NCBI GenBank assembly: GCA_964187785.1
Contig: OZ076416.1
Coordinates: forward strand, 19,964,001 to 20,028,000
Reading direction: 5' to 3'
DNA: 64,000 bases
Source of the DNA: Amphiscolops sp. MND2022
Lineage: Eukaryota
The notes beneath the pieces are model-generated. The model saw only the letters and a list, made by a program, of their open reading frames with translations, searched no databases and had not been told where the DNA came from. Shown here in pieces: positions 1-12,120 of this stretch (positions within the stretch are counted from its first letter, which is position 1; the number at the start of each line of letters is the position of its first letter). The translations under genes and the position numbers were made by a program.

Positions 1-427
1 TTCAATATTAAATAAATGTACATTCTAGAACATTCTATAAACATCTAAATACTAGTGGTTGATAATGTAGGTTAGTACAGAATATAGGGGATCAAAGATG
101 AAAAAAACTCGAAACTTGCGTTTTTTCAAAACTTTTGCAAAAAAAGCTTATGAAGCCGATATTTTCGTTTTTTGGCGAAAATGTAGACTAGGATCTTGCG
201 CAAATTTTTGCGAAAACATAGTATCCATATCTATTCTCGGTTTTGAGAAATTTGCCACACAAAATTGAAAAGTTGGCAGATGTCACGAAATCTACGAAAA
301 AATAACGAAACTCTACCATATGGGCACCTCGCAGAGCTTGAGCCCCAAATATAAAACTGAAACAAAAAATTGATTCATGAGGCGTTCTTGGTCGGCGCTT
401 CATGAAGTGAAACGCGACTATTATAGT

Positions 428-840
428 GATTTTTTTTCAATCCACACGAACTGACCAAAATAGTTCTACAAAGTTCCACAAAATTTTGTGGTGTCAAATT
501 GAACTTTTTGGCCTAGCGAACTGAACCAAAGTTTTTCCTGTTTTTCGGCGTAAGATACAGTACCGGGCGAGACTAAAGGGTCCCCTTTTCAGTTTTTCCG
601 GCCTTGTGAGACTTTTTTTCGAACAAAAATAGTCCCCAAAAAGCCCCCTTCAATTTTTTTGATATTTTGCAACATTGGTTGTTACAAAATCCGAAAGGTT
701 CCCTGTTTTAGCGCGCCCATCTGCTCCAAATTTTGGGTTTTTCAGGTACTGTAAAAAATACTTGACACTTTGAAGTCCTTTTGCTACTTTTGAGCCTTAG
801 ATGTGGCGCAGACTTATGCCGTTCCCGGCATGTTCTAACT
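428..840. repeat. Dispersed repeat; diverged second copy split at ~3420-3660 and ~4087-4222
   Basis: Shared blocks such as tgaccaaaatagttctac, gaactgaaccaaa, taccgg(g/a)cgagac and gacacttt(g/a)aa..ccttt.gcta.ttttgagccttagat occur in the same order in both places. Confidence 0.6.
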
Positions 841-2189
841 TCTATGTTGGATAGAGCAATCACGAGTCGCTGCGAATGAACGACGGAAAGTAGCCTTTTA
901 CCTTATCGTAACTTATCATTTCTCGACTATCTGAAAAAAACCGACCATCTAAACAGTAGATACGTAGACAATAAAGAAGCATCCTTTGCCCAAACTCTCA
1001 TCCCGAAAGTTCTCAGCTCAACCCAACTGACGTCTTCGACGTTTGAGAGCCAAAAAGCAACTCATAAATGAAAGAATCAAACGACAGCAAAAACGACTTG
1101 TGGCATTTAAAGAATTCAAGTGAAGTGAAGGGGTCTGGTACTACATAGATGAATCTTCATTCAACTACTTCGGCAGTTCTGGTTTCGTTCCTTAGAAATG
1201 ACGCTGTGAAATTTGCACCTGATGCATGTAAAAATTGAAATAGAACTGGTGACTGGTCCCTTGGTCACTAATGGTCAGAGAGCTGTAATCGGATACGAAG
1301 TTACCGGATACTAGACATGTCACAGATTTTTCTACCAGATAATAACCAGATAGTTCTAAATACGTTTTATCAAAACTTTTTGCTTTTATGTATATTCTAG
1401 TTCGGGGAATGTTTTTCAAAATTGTTTTTTCCCAGATAAATGGATAGACGGCAAAGTTTGGATTTTTCTTTACACAGTGGAGGGTCATAAAACGCAATCC
1501 ATCCATTTCTTCCATACAGCATCCAATAATTTGATGATTTTCCAAAAATAAGATGGATATTTCTTCCAAACAGCATCCAAAAATTTGATGATTTGCCGGA
1601 TAATTACCGGGACAACTCTAGTCAGAGAAGAGTTCTTCAAAGGCAGTTCCTATCTAAATAACCATGTGCAAAACCAATCCATTGAACTTCTACAGAAACC
1701 GACTAGGAAAAAACGGTTGGAATGAGCTGGACAAAACTTGATACTTCACCCAAAAAAGTGAAAAAAGCGAACTCGAAACAGACACTTTCGAATGGGACAA
1801 TAATATGCCACTTTGAGGCCTTGGCTATGAAAGCGCCAATTTATGCTATTTAAACTTTCCTGAAACAATCTCAAAAAACTAGATTTGACAAAAAGCAAGT
1901 AATGTCAAAATGTAACAACGAACAGACGTCCGTCGAGAACTTTTTTTGATTCGAGAAGTCAAATGGTACCTCTGAGCCGAGACCGAATTAATACCAATTG
2001 AAATTAGGTTACCATCTCGAATAGACTCAATGACGAGACTGGGCGAAAATGTTCCTAATGGGTGCAGCAAAATTTACAATCATATATCCCCATAACTATT
2101 TTTAATAAGCTGAAATGTGCATTTCTTCCCGAAGTTTCAAAACCCAATTTTCGAACTACTTGGATAAATTCGAAAACATTTTGTAAAAA

Positions 2190-3145
2190 TAGGCCCCTCC
2201 GTGGCACACTACTATTTCTGCTTTAATCTTTCATTATTAATAGAATCATATCTGGAATACCAACACTCCTGTTTAATCATTATTTAGCGCACAATTAAGC
2301 ACTGTACCAGTTTAAACCGCCTTTAACCCGGAAAAGAGGTGGAATTTTCTGGATCCGTCGTAAAATCGGTTGCTTAAACTTTGAACCGCAATATCTCCTT
2401 AACTATTCAAGTCCGAAAAGCGATTTATACAGCGTTCGAAAGAGGAGCATCAGGGCTTTCAAATCATTTTTAAACAGCACTGGCTCCGGACTTTGCGCCA
2501 AAACTTTGCACGCGTTGTGTCTCTGCTTGCTTTTCAGCATGTTTCAAAACATTCTGATGCCGCTTTGACCCAATGTTGACACCAGTGGGTTAAAAGGGCC
2601 AGAAACCAAAATAGGAAAATGGAAAATCTGCTGTTTTTTAATTTTTTGTCTCATTTTCTGGATTTCGGAGACATCACGTCAATATTCCGTGAAAAGGCGC
2701 CGAATGCTATGCAACATTGTCTGAAAATCTTATTCAAGAGTTTGCTTTACCATACGGTGGGCAGGTGCCTTTAGAAGTTCGCAGATATTAAGTGGTGCAA
2801 ATACGTACCGCGATGCTAAATAGGGTTAAATCTGTTGTTTAAAAAACCTGTACATGTAACTATCATCAAGTATTTCTTTCTAGAATCAATTTCTGACTAG
2901 AATCAATTCAGTCTTTTAGTAGTAATAGTAGTAAATCTCGGACTAAAGCAAATATATATTTGAATGCAGGCGAAGCTCTCCGCGAAAGTGTAATTAACAC
3001 TCATTCGCTTCATCAATAACTCGGCACAACGAAAGCACAACTACGAACATTCGCTCGCTTCATCTCAATGACGTCAGCTTACGAATGCATAATTACCACT
3101 CGCTCGTTCCATCGCACGAGAATTGAATTGGCGTTGGCAGCTTGA
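2190..3145. repeat. Dispersed repeat (2190-2322 plus 2930-3145) interrupted by an insertion; uninterrupted copy at ~31660-32030
   Basis: aaaaataggcccctcc...ccgcctttaa runs almost directly into ctcggactaaag...gaattgaattg at 31.7-32.0 kb, whereas ~600 bp separate the two halves here. Confidence 0.7.
2327..2825. mobile_element. TTAA-bounded non-coding insertion (CCC...GGG ends, piggyBac-like geometry); inverted copy at 7640-8087 continuing at 51201-51209
   Basis: TTAA at 2323-2326 and 2826-2829 with CCC and GGG just inside. The reverse complement is recognisable at 7640-8080. No extended TIR, so the superfamily is uncertain. Confidence 0.45.
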
Positions 3146-6100
3146 GAAATTTATTTTCTTACGCTTATAGTCACTGCAATTCGACTAAATAGTCACTTGA
3201 AATTCGAGAGATATGCAAGGAAAATATGAAACTTCCACTATACTTGAATGATTCGATTGTGATTTGTCCAAAAAACTCGCTATTATATCTCCATTGAACA
3301 TCACCGAATGATCAACTACGCTAGTCCCTATTTCCACTTACTCTCAGAAGATTTTATTCAGATTTTTAGCCCCTGCTTTTCTTGAAAAGAGCCGTCTATA
3401 GTCATGGCTTTTCGTCAGTGTATTTTTTAAAAAAATTCGATACACCTGAAGTGACCAAAATAGTTCTACCAAAAGTTCTACAAAAGTTTAAATTGCCCGT
3501 TAGCCCAGGGAACTGAACCAAAAAAGTTTAGCGCGTAACACAATACCGGACGAGACCGAGGTGTCCCTTTCATTTTTTAGGCATTGCGAGACTTTCTCGG
3601 AAAAAATTTTTCCCCAACTTCAATTTTTTTGAGTTTTGCGACAGAATGGATGTTGAACAAGACGCCCACTAAGCACCGGGATATTTTCCTCCCTTTTCGC
3701 CTTCATCACTTGAGCCATAGCTATTTTGGGAGGGGAATAGGATTTAAATAAGATCTAAAATTTAGTGATTTTAGATCTTATTCCCTTTAGATCTTATTCC
3801 CGTCCTGAAATTTTAGATCTTATTCCCTTTATATCTTAATCCCATTTTTACTTTAGATATTATTCCCATCTCAGTATGAAGGCTGAGCAGGGAGACTGAG
3901 TAAGTGGAGTGGAGTTGTACAAAGTGGAGTTTTGGCAGAATTTGAAAAAAAAAACAACACAGATGATGATTTTCCTCCTCCATTGAAAATGTGGGTCGGA
4001 AAATAAAAAACGCAACACAGATGATGATTTTCGTCCCCAATTGAAAATGTGGGTCGGAAAATAAAAATCCCAAAGTGTCTCCCATTTCAATTTTTTAGGC
4101 ATTGTCAGGCTTTTTCCAAAAAAATCGGGTGCTGTAGAAGAGACTACTTCGACACTTTAAAATCCTTTTGCTATTTTTGAGCCTTAGATATGGCGCCGAC
4201 TTGGACCGGTCCCGGTTGGTTTCAATAAGATGTTAATAAATTGATCATAGGCGTACATTTTGAAAAAAACTGACAAAACCCCCTGAAAAATCAGTTCAGA
4301 CGATTGGTGGAGCTTTGGACTACGTTATCATAATCGTGATGTCATGCAACATTCTAATTTATCATCTTGCAAGATTTGAATGGCCCTGTAAGATTCTTGC
4401 AAGACAGACATCGGCTTGCAAGAAACTTGCAAGAATAACATGATTTGTGAGAAACTTGCAAGATAACTGTGTGATATCTATTTCTTCCAAACTAGAGTTT
4501 TGCTGAAAATTCGAACAAAATTCATTCTCGACGATGTCAATCCGATTTTTTTTTTCAAAAATTCCTCAAAGAACAGAAAATTGGGGAATAAGAAAACGGT
4601 ATACTCTCATATCTTGAATCAATATTTTCCACCAATAGATACAAATGATCTTTTTTGTGTTTTCGTCTTTTTGTTCCCATGGTTTTGTTCTCATTTGCAA
4701 ACTTGCTTGAAAAAAATCATCTCTCCGTTTTTCATGACTACCAGGATTTGTTGAATCTCAAAACTTAGTTTTACAAGGTCAGGAGAAAAACCCTAAAAAC
4801 GGCAACCACCCAGATATGCCAAGGGAAAAGCAATGATGACTGCTCTCTCGAAGTCAGGATGGGTTTGGGGCGTACCTCCACACCAACTCTTTTCACAATT
4901 CTTCAGGTGTTCTCATTCTTTTCATCAGTTAACTTTGGAAACGAAGTAAACTGAACTGCTATTTGCTCTACTTGTACACAAAATGCAGTAACGGTCTGAA
5001 ATAACGTCATTACATTGCTTGAAATGGCAAAAATAAAATCCAAAAATCTTGAAAATGGTTGAGGATACAAAAAACTCTACATAAAACCATTAAAATGTTT
5101 CTTCGAAAATTCAACGACTTTGTTTTGCAAAGTTGGGAAAGTTAGAAAATCCATTTTCGACGAATTTCAATTGAAATTTGATTTTTTTCCTCGAAGTTTT
5201 CAGCGACCTAAAGTCAAAGTTTTTTCAAGATCATTATCTTTCTGAGACAAGTCTTTGGGAATGTCTCAATTTTGAATTGGTTCAGGTCCAAAACGAGTAC
5301 ATCATTTTGTGCCCATGAGCACTACACTGGGTGTATTAACGCAGGTTTAAGAGCTTCGTTTAGAAAACTGATTTTCATTTGAAATCGATGTTCCACAATC
5401 AAAACAACAGCATCCTCGGTATATTCGGAGGCAAACATTTCGGCTAGATATTTTGGCAAAAGTTGACAACTTCTTGAAAAAGAGCAATTTTGATTATATT
5501 TCGTCAGAGTTTGCACTTTTTATAGCTTTGGTCGAGGGTATTTCTAACATTTTCAAAAACTACATAAGATTTCAAGAAACTTTGCTGGTTGACATTTTTT
5601 ATGTGTTCAAGTCAGTTTTCAGATTTTAAGATGGATTTTAAGCAATGGATTCGCGGTATTTTGGAGCGCTACTGTATGCCAAGAACCTCACATTAAGTTC
5701 ATCTACTGTCGTGAAACTACTTACTAATAAGTTGACAACTTCGATACTTTGAGCTGCTAAGCACTTCGAAACTGCCGGAAAGGTAGGAACATATAAAAAT
5801 AAATTAACAACATAACAAAGCCCATTTCTAGCAAGGCAAAATCAAGACCATATCAATACCAAGAAGCATTGTACAACGCAAGGCATGTCTCATCCCAAAA
5901 ATTGACTCCAAAGACTTTTTCCTTTCTTTCAAAAGGACGGAAGGCTTCTGAAAATTGTCAATGGTTTTTTTGCCAGAAAAATTTCCGAATTATATTACAC
6001 TCGAATACATTACCATTCGTTTTCTTTTTTAAAATAGAAAGGACATGCATGGCTTTTCCAGGAGGAGTTGAAGTTTTATGGAGATTTAAATACAACTATA

Positions 6101-6950
6101 ATAATTAATGGTTGTCCGTCCAGTCAAACAAGACTGGAACAGTCAAATATTTATACTGCTCCGAATATGGGGTTAATGACAAATGCTGTCGTTTTTACCA
6201 CTCTCTTTCAAAGCATTAATGAATAAAACTGAGGACCTGGATAGAACTACAAATAGTCAAGTAATCGTGATGAGCCGAAACACTTGGTTCCATTCTGGGT
6301 TCTTTTATGTTTCTTCCTTCACCACGCAAAAATTAGCAATAAAGTTCCAAAAGTGAATCAAACTTCCTTTTTGCTTCAATTTCCAAATTGACACCTTAGG
6401 ATCCAGCTACAAACTTTGTTCACACTCATTCGAACAGTCCAAATGCTTGAAAAATATTTTGTTCAAACGAAAAACTGTTCGTTTCCTTCAAAAAACTGAT
6501 GGTGGGGAAAAACAAGAAAAGAGCCCATTTTTGTGCTGTAGTATTTTGTTTTGAAAGGATTTTTGGATAGAAAATGTTGAAATTCAACTCTACTATGTAT
6601 AATGAGTATAATGGAACCTTACTCTTTTTATCATGGTTTAAAAGATACTTCAATTCATGTCTAAGACAGTTTCAACTTCAATTCCTACAGGAAAAATCGA
6701 TGTAAATTTTGTAATACTTACATAAAGCTTCAGCTCATCATGACTACATAATTATGAAACATCCAATATAGATGAATAGAAGGATTTCAACTACTGAAAA
6801 GTTCTCGGGGAACTTATCTCGTCATGGTCGAGTTTGTCGTCAGGCGGAGGAATCATCGTAAAATTAATCAGTATAAACTCTAGAAAAATAAATTGAATTC
6901 CGAGAATTTACTTCTTTCATTTGTCTACTTATATTTATGCTATCTTCATG

Positions 6951-7430
6951 TCAGCAAACTGCTTGTAATATAATTGCTTTTTGACTGAGACCAGGGATGT
7001 TAAAAATGTGTGGAACAATAATTGAAATTAAATTATTATGTACGTCTGTTTTGAAATTGCAATTAATGTGGCTTGAATTATGAATAAGCGCCAACTGAAA
7101 AGTACACAAAATTTGAGTTGAGCATTCGCTTCGGCTCAATCGCTTATGGTCAAACTCATACCTTTCAAACAGCCGGCAAAACGTTTCACTGGAAACAGAA
7201 AAAGACTTACCCATTAACATGGAAAGTATCATGTTTCTTCGATCAAACAGATCTATGGAGAAACATACGTCCAGAAACTCATTTAAATAAAAAAACATGT
7301 GGCTTTGTTTTGTGATTACCGTGTTTTTATATTTGTTTCAGCAATGAACGTAATTATCATTTGTGCGATAGAAAATGAAAGGTTTTTTAAAACGTGTATC
7401 AGACGAGTAAGTTCGTTAACCGAGTACCTA
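6951..7430 (-). pseudogene. Protein-like ORF remnant of unknown family (FCRLFERYEFDHKRL...)
   Basis: 115-aa ORF 6951-7298 with globular composition. An upstream frame (RYSVNELTRLIHVLKNL...) joins via a stop and frameshift and follows a candidate TTTCAG acceptor near 7431. Confidence 0.3.
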
Positions 7431-8087
7431 CTGAAAAATATTCTGACATTGTGTTCAGCAGTGAGCATATGCGTTAGATTCGAATTTCTAAAGCTACCGA
7501 CGACATTAGGCGAGAGCCCGACACCGCATTAATTGTTCGTTTGATATCGTTGTTCAGGTCAAGCTTTGTGTTGTTCGCTTTAACCTTAACTTGGCCAATG
7601 TGCCAAATTTGGCACATTTATTTTCTGCAAATTCTAAACGCACCAGCTGATTGTATGGTAAAGCAAACTCTTGAATAAGATTTTCAGACAATATTGCAAA
7701 GCATTCGGCGCCTTTTCACGGAATATTGACGTGATGTCTCCGAAATCACGAAAATGAGACAAAAAATTCAAAAAAAATAACTGCAGATTTTCCATTTTCA
7801 CATTTTTCGTTTCTGGCCCTTTTAACCCACTGGTGTCAACATTGGGTCAAAGCGGCCTCGGAATGTTTTGAAACATGCTGAAAAGCAAGCAGAGACACGA
7901 CGCAAGCAAAGTTTTGGCGCAAAGTCCGGACCCAGCCCAGCAGTTTAAAAATTGATTTGAAAGCACTGATGCTCCTCTTTTGAACGCTGTATAAATTGTT
8001 TTTCGGACTTGAATAGTTCAGGAGATATTGCGGTTTAAAGTTCAAACACCCGATTTTTGGATGGAACAAGAATTTTCCTGGCCAACT

Positions 8088-8232
8088 AGTAGTCATAAAA
8101 GTAGGAACCCTGGGTCACTTTTGCTCCGTTTTCGTGAATGTGAACTAATTTATACGGGGGGATTACCGTGAAATTAAGACTGTTGGTGTGGGATATAACC
8201 TTGAAATTCAGACTGGTTTAAATGGGTGTGGC
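8088..8232 (+). repeat. Left terminal inverted repeat (145 bp)
   Basis: Matches the reverse complement of 51045-51194 except for two G-run lengths (G6 vs G10, G3 vs G4). Confidence 0.95.
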
Positions 8233-8929
8233 TTTATTACTCGCGTCGTGGGCTTTTATGTGTACAGTGCCATTTTTTATTTTTACCACTTGCGCTGGGG
8301 CGAATTCTCAAGTGGTTCTTGTTTAAAAATCGTAAAGGTTTGACTTGTGTGTCAATAAAGAGGGTGCGCCGCGTCTTCTCAATATTTTCAATATCAAAGA
8401 AGTTATTATCGAGTGACTTCAAGAGCTTGGTTAAATAATTGAGTCAAGATGTTAACTAACGGCGAGAAATTCGTTTCTGAGGTTAATTTGGAATATAATT
8501 TTGAGAAACACTCAATCCATGAAAGGAGGTTTCTGGGTTTCAAAGAGATCTGTAAGTCGCTTCCGCATAAAAAGATAACGTAATTTTTCGCTTCGAGGGA
8601 CTGCCTTCAGACTCTTGTGATGGTGAAAATAAAGTGTTAACTCAATCCACGCGGGGACATAAATTCGAGAGTAATCGTGACATCGCCACCACTTTCGGTT
8701 AAAGTAAATAAAAGTAGATCCTTTTCATGAATCTCTACAGCTATTATAGTGAAGAATTTCTTCAAGTATAGTGAAAACCACTTCAAGTTATGGAATTGCA
8801 TCTGAATTCTTTGGTAAAATGTATAACAATTAATACTGTTTCCACCCTAGCACTCCCTTAATATGAGTTTTAGCAAACATTTCCGTACTTCAAATACTAT
8901 GATTTATGGAGTTGTGATTAAATGATACG

Positions 8930-10301
8930 GGAAGCTACACTCCAGGAGTTGATTGTTTCAATATATGTTCAAAAGCCAAGTGAAAACTTCAGGTTGTTAT
9001 ATCTAGTTATTACAAGAAGTGATATGTATACTTTTTCATTAACAACAAAATTACAGGTATCTTATTATATACCAACGAACAGACAGTGACAATTTCAAAG
9101 AATGCCTCGAACAATTTATGAGTAACTTTTGGATTCCAGTGGTGGTTAATTGATGTTTCTGAATTGTTTCCAAACAAAACAGGTAATTTGAAAGAACGAT
9201 TTTTTTTAAAATCTAATATTTCATTAAATTTCAACATGTTTAAGGTGCAAAACTTAAATGGACTATGGTGGAAAATGTAACAACAGGACAACCAATAAAC
9301 CCTCTTTATACAGCGTATTTGTTTCCGATAATGACGGTTTTGCTGACGAGTTGAAAGAATTGAGTGATCTAATTGCAATAATCTGTCAGAAGTTATGGAC
9401 TTTGTTGTATGAATAATCAAAGATGGAATGTTTCAAATTTGAAATGAATACCCAAGAATACTAACAAAAGAAATTATTCACAGTTTGTTATTGAAGGTTA
9501 TAGAAATTGATGATATCTGAGAGAATATTACAAGTTGTGCTTGATTGAAAGAAAAGACTAACACTGAAATATGGCCAATAGAAAGGTGTTGTCTAACAAA
9601 TATTCCAGTCATTGTAATTTTTCCCCTATACCATTTCAAGAAAGCCAACCAACTATCAGATTCACTTTATTGTTACCTAGACCGTTCTTCTTCTTCGGAA
9701 AATCCGGTTTTATTTCAAAATCTTCGAAACGCTTCAAAATGACGTTTACAAGCAACAACACAAAACTGTTTGGTCAATACCTAGTTCAAGACGAGATGGT
9801 AATGGTGGAGGGAAATATCGATGGTGGTTTAACAAGGAAGACCACACTTTTGGAAGTAAAAGAAACTATAGAAGCAACGACTATTGACTCAGATATCAAG
9901 TAAGTAAAAAACTCGATTTTTTAAACTGTTTCAAGTATCTCACCCAAGTCGCAATTTGTCTTTTACATATGTTGTTTCAGGTACTACATAATTTTTTTAT
10001 ATGGATCCTGCAGTTTTTATTCCCGATACTTTCAAGAAATTGCCAGAAAATCGAATAGTGGAGCCTTCGTTTGGACAAACGTTTTTTCTCATCCGCCCCT
10101 CCTGTTAAAGCAAAATTCGATTTTGTTGTCCCAAGATTGAACTCATCAACGACAGTAACCCCAATCCAATATTATGTGGATGGAGACAACTTACAAGGAC
10201 ACGAACAAGCTCTTTGGAGCCTATGTTTCCAGTTGGTAGAGAGTGTAAAAAGTGAATATGGAATAATCATCTATGCCATGAAGCTTGCCCTAATTACTTG
10301 A
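8930..10301 (+). pseudogene. Intron-containing gene remnant(s) in the left arm, unknown product
   Basis: Candidate introns at 9183-9244 (GTAATT...TTTAAG, in phase: NKT-G-AKLKW) and 9900-9980 (GTAAGT...TTTCAG, at the end of the 110-aa ORF 9571-9903). Downstream exons need frameshifts in T runs. Confidence 0.35.
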
Positions 10302-10967
10302 ACTCCTTGAGCGTTTCCTAAAGCATGTGTTAGATGCTTCGAAAAAATGAATCAAAAGTCTATGCCTTTGATTGGTTTTAGTGTAATAAAGCTTTCGTTC
10401 CAATTCAATCGTGAAACAAAGTGTTGAAATTCAATAATTTATGATTTATAACTAACGAAGGTATGTTGTCAATGACTTTGTTTATAACCTTCACGAGCAA
10501 ATCATGAAACTAATCAATCAAGACTCAATATTTGAATTGAATATCGCTTCTATTTCGTTTTCTATTTCAAAAGAAGATTACTTTCCTGAGGTTAAAGAAC
10601 TTCCGACAACCATCAGCAGATAGAAAATGAATGAATTGATAAATAACTCCTACAGAAGAAGTTAACGAAAACGAAAGACCTAAATTGCTGTAAAAGAATA
10701 ATATCATCAAGAAGCTCAGAATTAAAAAGAATAAGATAGATTGAAGAATAAGTTATGAGCAGAGAAGCTGGAAAACAGTTTCTAGATTCTCAGTTTTGCA
10801 TTCATAAGCATTCCATGTAGCACAGTTAAACCGTCAAACCGACAAGTAATTCTTCAGTGCATTGAAAAAGTGCATCATTTGTTTTGGAACAATTTTTACT
10901 CTCACTAATTGATAAGTTAATAACGTTCTTTTTCAGAAAATCTTCAACTCATTCAAGGAGAATTAAG

Positions 10968-10968
<1 letters not shown>

Positions 10969-11020
<52 letters not shown>
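10969..11020. repeat. (CT)n microsatellite abutting an ATG; also at 15352-15380, 16427-16496, 18838-18850, 23030-23045
   Basis: Directly visible; each run ends at ATGATGCAC of the repeated ORF. Confidence 0.95.
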
Positions 11021-11350
11021 ATGATGCACATTTTCGCAGCCAGCTCCCTGCACCGAGCAATTCAAACGCTTCCTGACGGTGTGAAAAAAAGACTGTCATT
11101 TTTGACAGTTATCCCATGTCTCCATCCCAATGAAAATTCAGCGCAAAACTTTCGTAAAGCAGTTCAATTTCAAATCAAACTCCTACAGAAGAAGTCGAAG
11201 AAAATTCCAGAAGTTGTCATTTGGAATGATGCCATCAATAATACTCTTACTCCCCATTCTTCTAACTTCTACAGCCCGCTGATCCCAAGTCAGTTGATCG
11301 CGGAGATCCAAAAACCTCCAGTCGTCATCAAGGCAGTAGTATATTGCTAG
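11021..11350 (+). CDS. Repeated 109-aa ORF of unknown function (MMHIFAASSLHRAIQTL...VVIWNDAINN...IKAVVYC); same protein at 15381-15710; broken copies near 16497, 18851, 20707, 23046, 24740
   Basis: ORF track plus direct repeats. Reading continues past a stop as RESTPEIYDLLKQHF. A diverged paralog (SSNYYNLLDIQQLILELQKLPVKIKAIVYCQREGACDIF) at ~17005-17125 conserves the protein pattern. Confidence 0.5.
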   Translation: MMHIFAASSLHRAIQTLPDGVKKRLSFLTVIPCLHPNENSAQNFRKAVQFQIKLLQKKSKKIPEVVIWNDAINNTLTPHSSNFYSPLIPSQLIAEIQKPPVVIKAVVYC

Positions 11351-11404
11351 AGAAAGTACGCCTGAAATATATGACCTACTGAAACAGCACTTCCATACGA
11401 TTCA

Positions 11405-11909
11405 CATGACTAAATTAACCAAGCGTAAGATGGTATAATTTATCGTTAGAATTACGAGGGTATCTAGTCCTCGTTCTTGATTGATAAATGATTTATATAA
11501 AAAAGACTTAGTGTGGCTTTTACGTGAAAATGAGATGAAAGATTCAGCTCGGAAATCAGTATATGTTCACCGATATCGAAACGATGTTCATCGACGCCAC
11601 GAACGGAGAAATTGCTGGTATAGCGCGATACATGAACGATGATCATCGAAAACCAAATGTCAAAGCTGTCAAATACGTCGACTCCAGTGAGATAATTTAC
11701 AAATAAAACTACCAAATCTCACTCAAATCTCATCATTTGTTCCTTCAGGAGGAGTACCACAAGTCCAATTTGTCGCCATCCGCAACATTTGCAAAGATGA
11801 AGTCAGTTACGACTATAAAGGACTTGACCTCACTTGTAGGACAATTGGGTACTTCCAATCAATCAACTTCGACTCCATTTCCAAATTGATTTATATTTTT
11901 AGTCGTTGA
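11405..11909 (+). pseudogene. SET-domain lysine methyltransferase gene (SETD8/KMT5A-like or viral-SET-like); one intron, frameshifted 5' part
   Basis: LELRG at 11446-11460 (EYxG motif). Then YMFTDIETMFIDATNGEIAGIARYMNDDHRKPNVKAVKYVDS, a 62-bp intron 11687-11748 (GTGAGA...CCTTCAG), and in-frame R-GVPQVQFVAIRNICKDEVSYDYKG. This matches the SET IDA / RxxNHxxxPN / AxRxIxxxEELxYDY motifs. Confidence 0.8.
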
Positions 11910-12120
11910 AGCATGTGTTGTTTTGAACAGGAACAAGAAAGTCAAAATTTTTGTCAAAATTCAACAAGAAATTAATTACCATTAATTACAATAAAATATT
12001 GCATGGTTATGTCAGGTTAATAAACAAACATATTCACAAAATGTACAATTCACCGACAGAATTTGAGTAAAGATCGAAGGCATGTTAATATGTGGCGGCA
12101 TAAGATTAAAGATATATAAA

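Noticed and set aside
1192-2070. ORFs of 125 and 63 aa
   Set aside because: No recognisable motif, splice pattern or second copy.
9010-9420. 136-aa minus-strand ORF as a Polinton packaging ATPase
   Set aside because: No Walker motifs; splice signals favour the plus strand.
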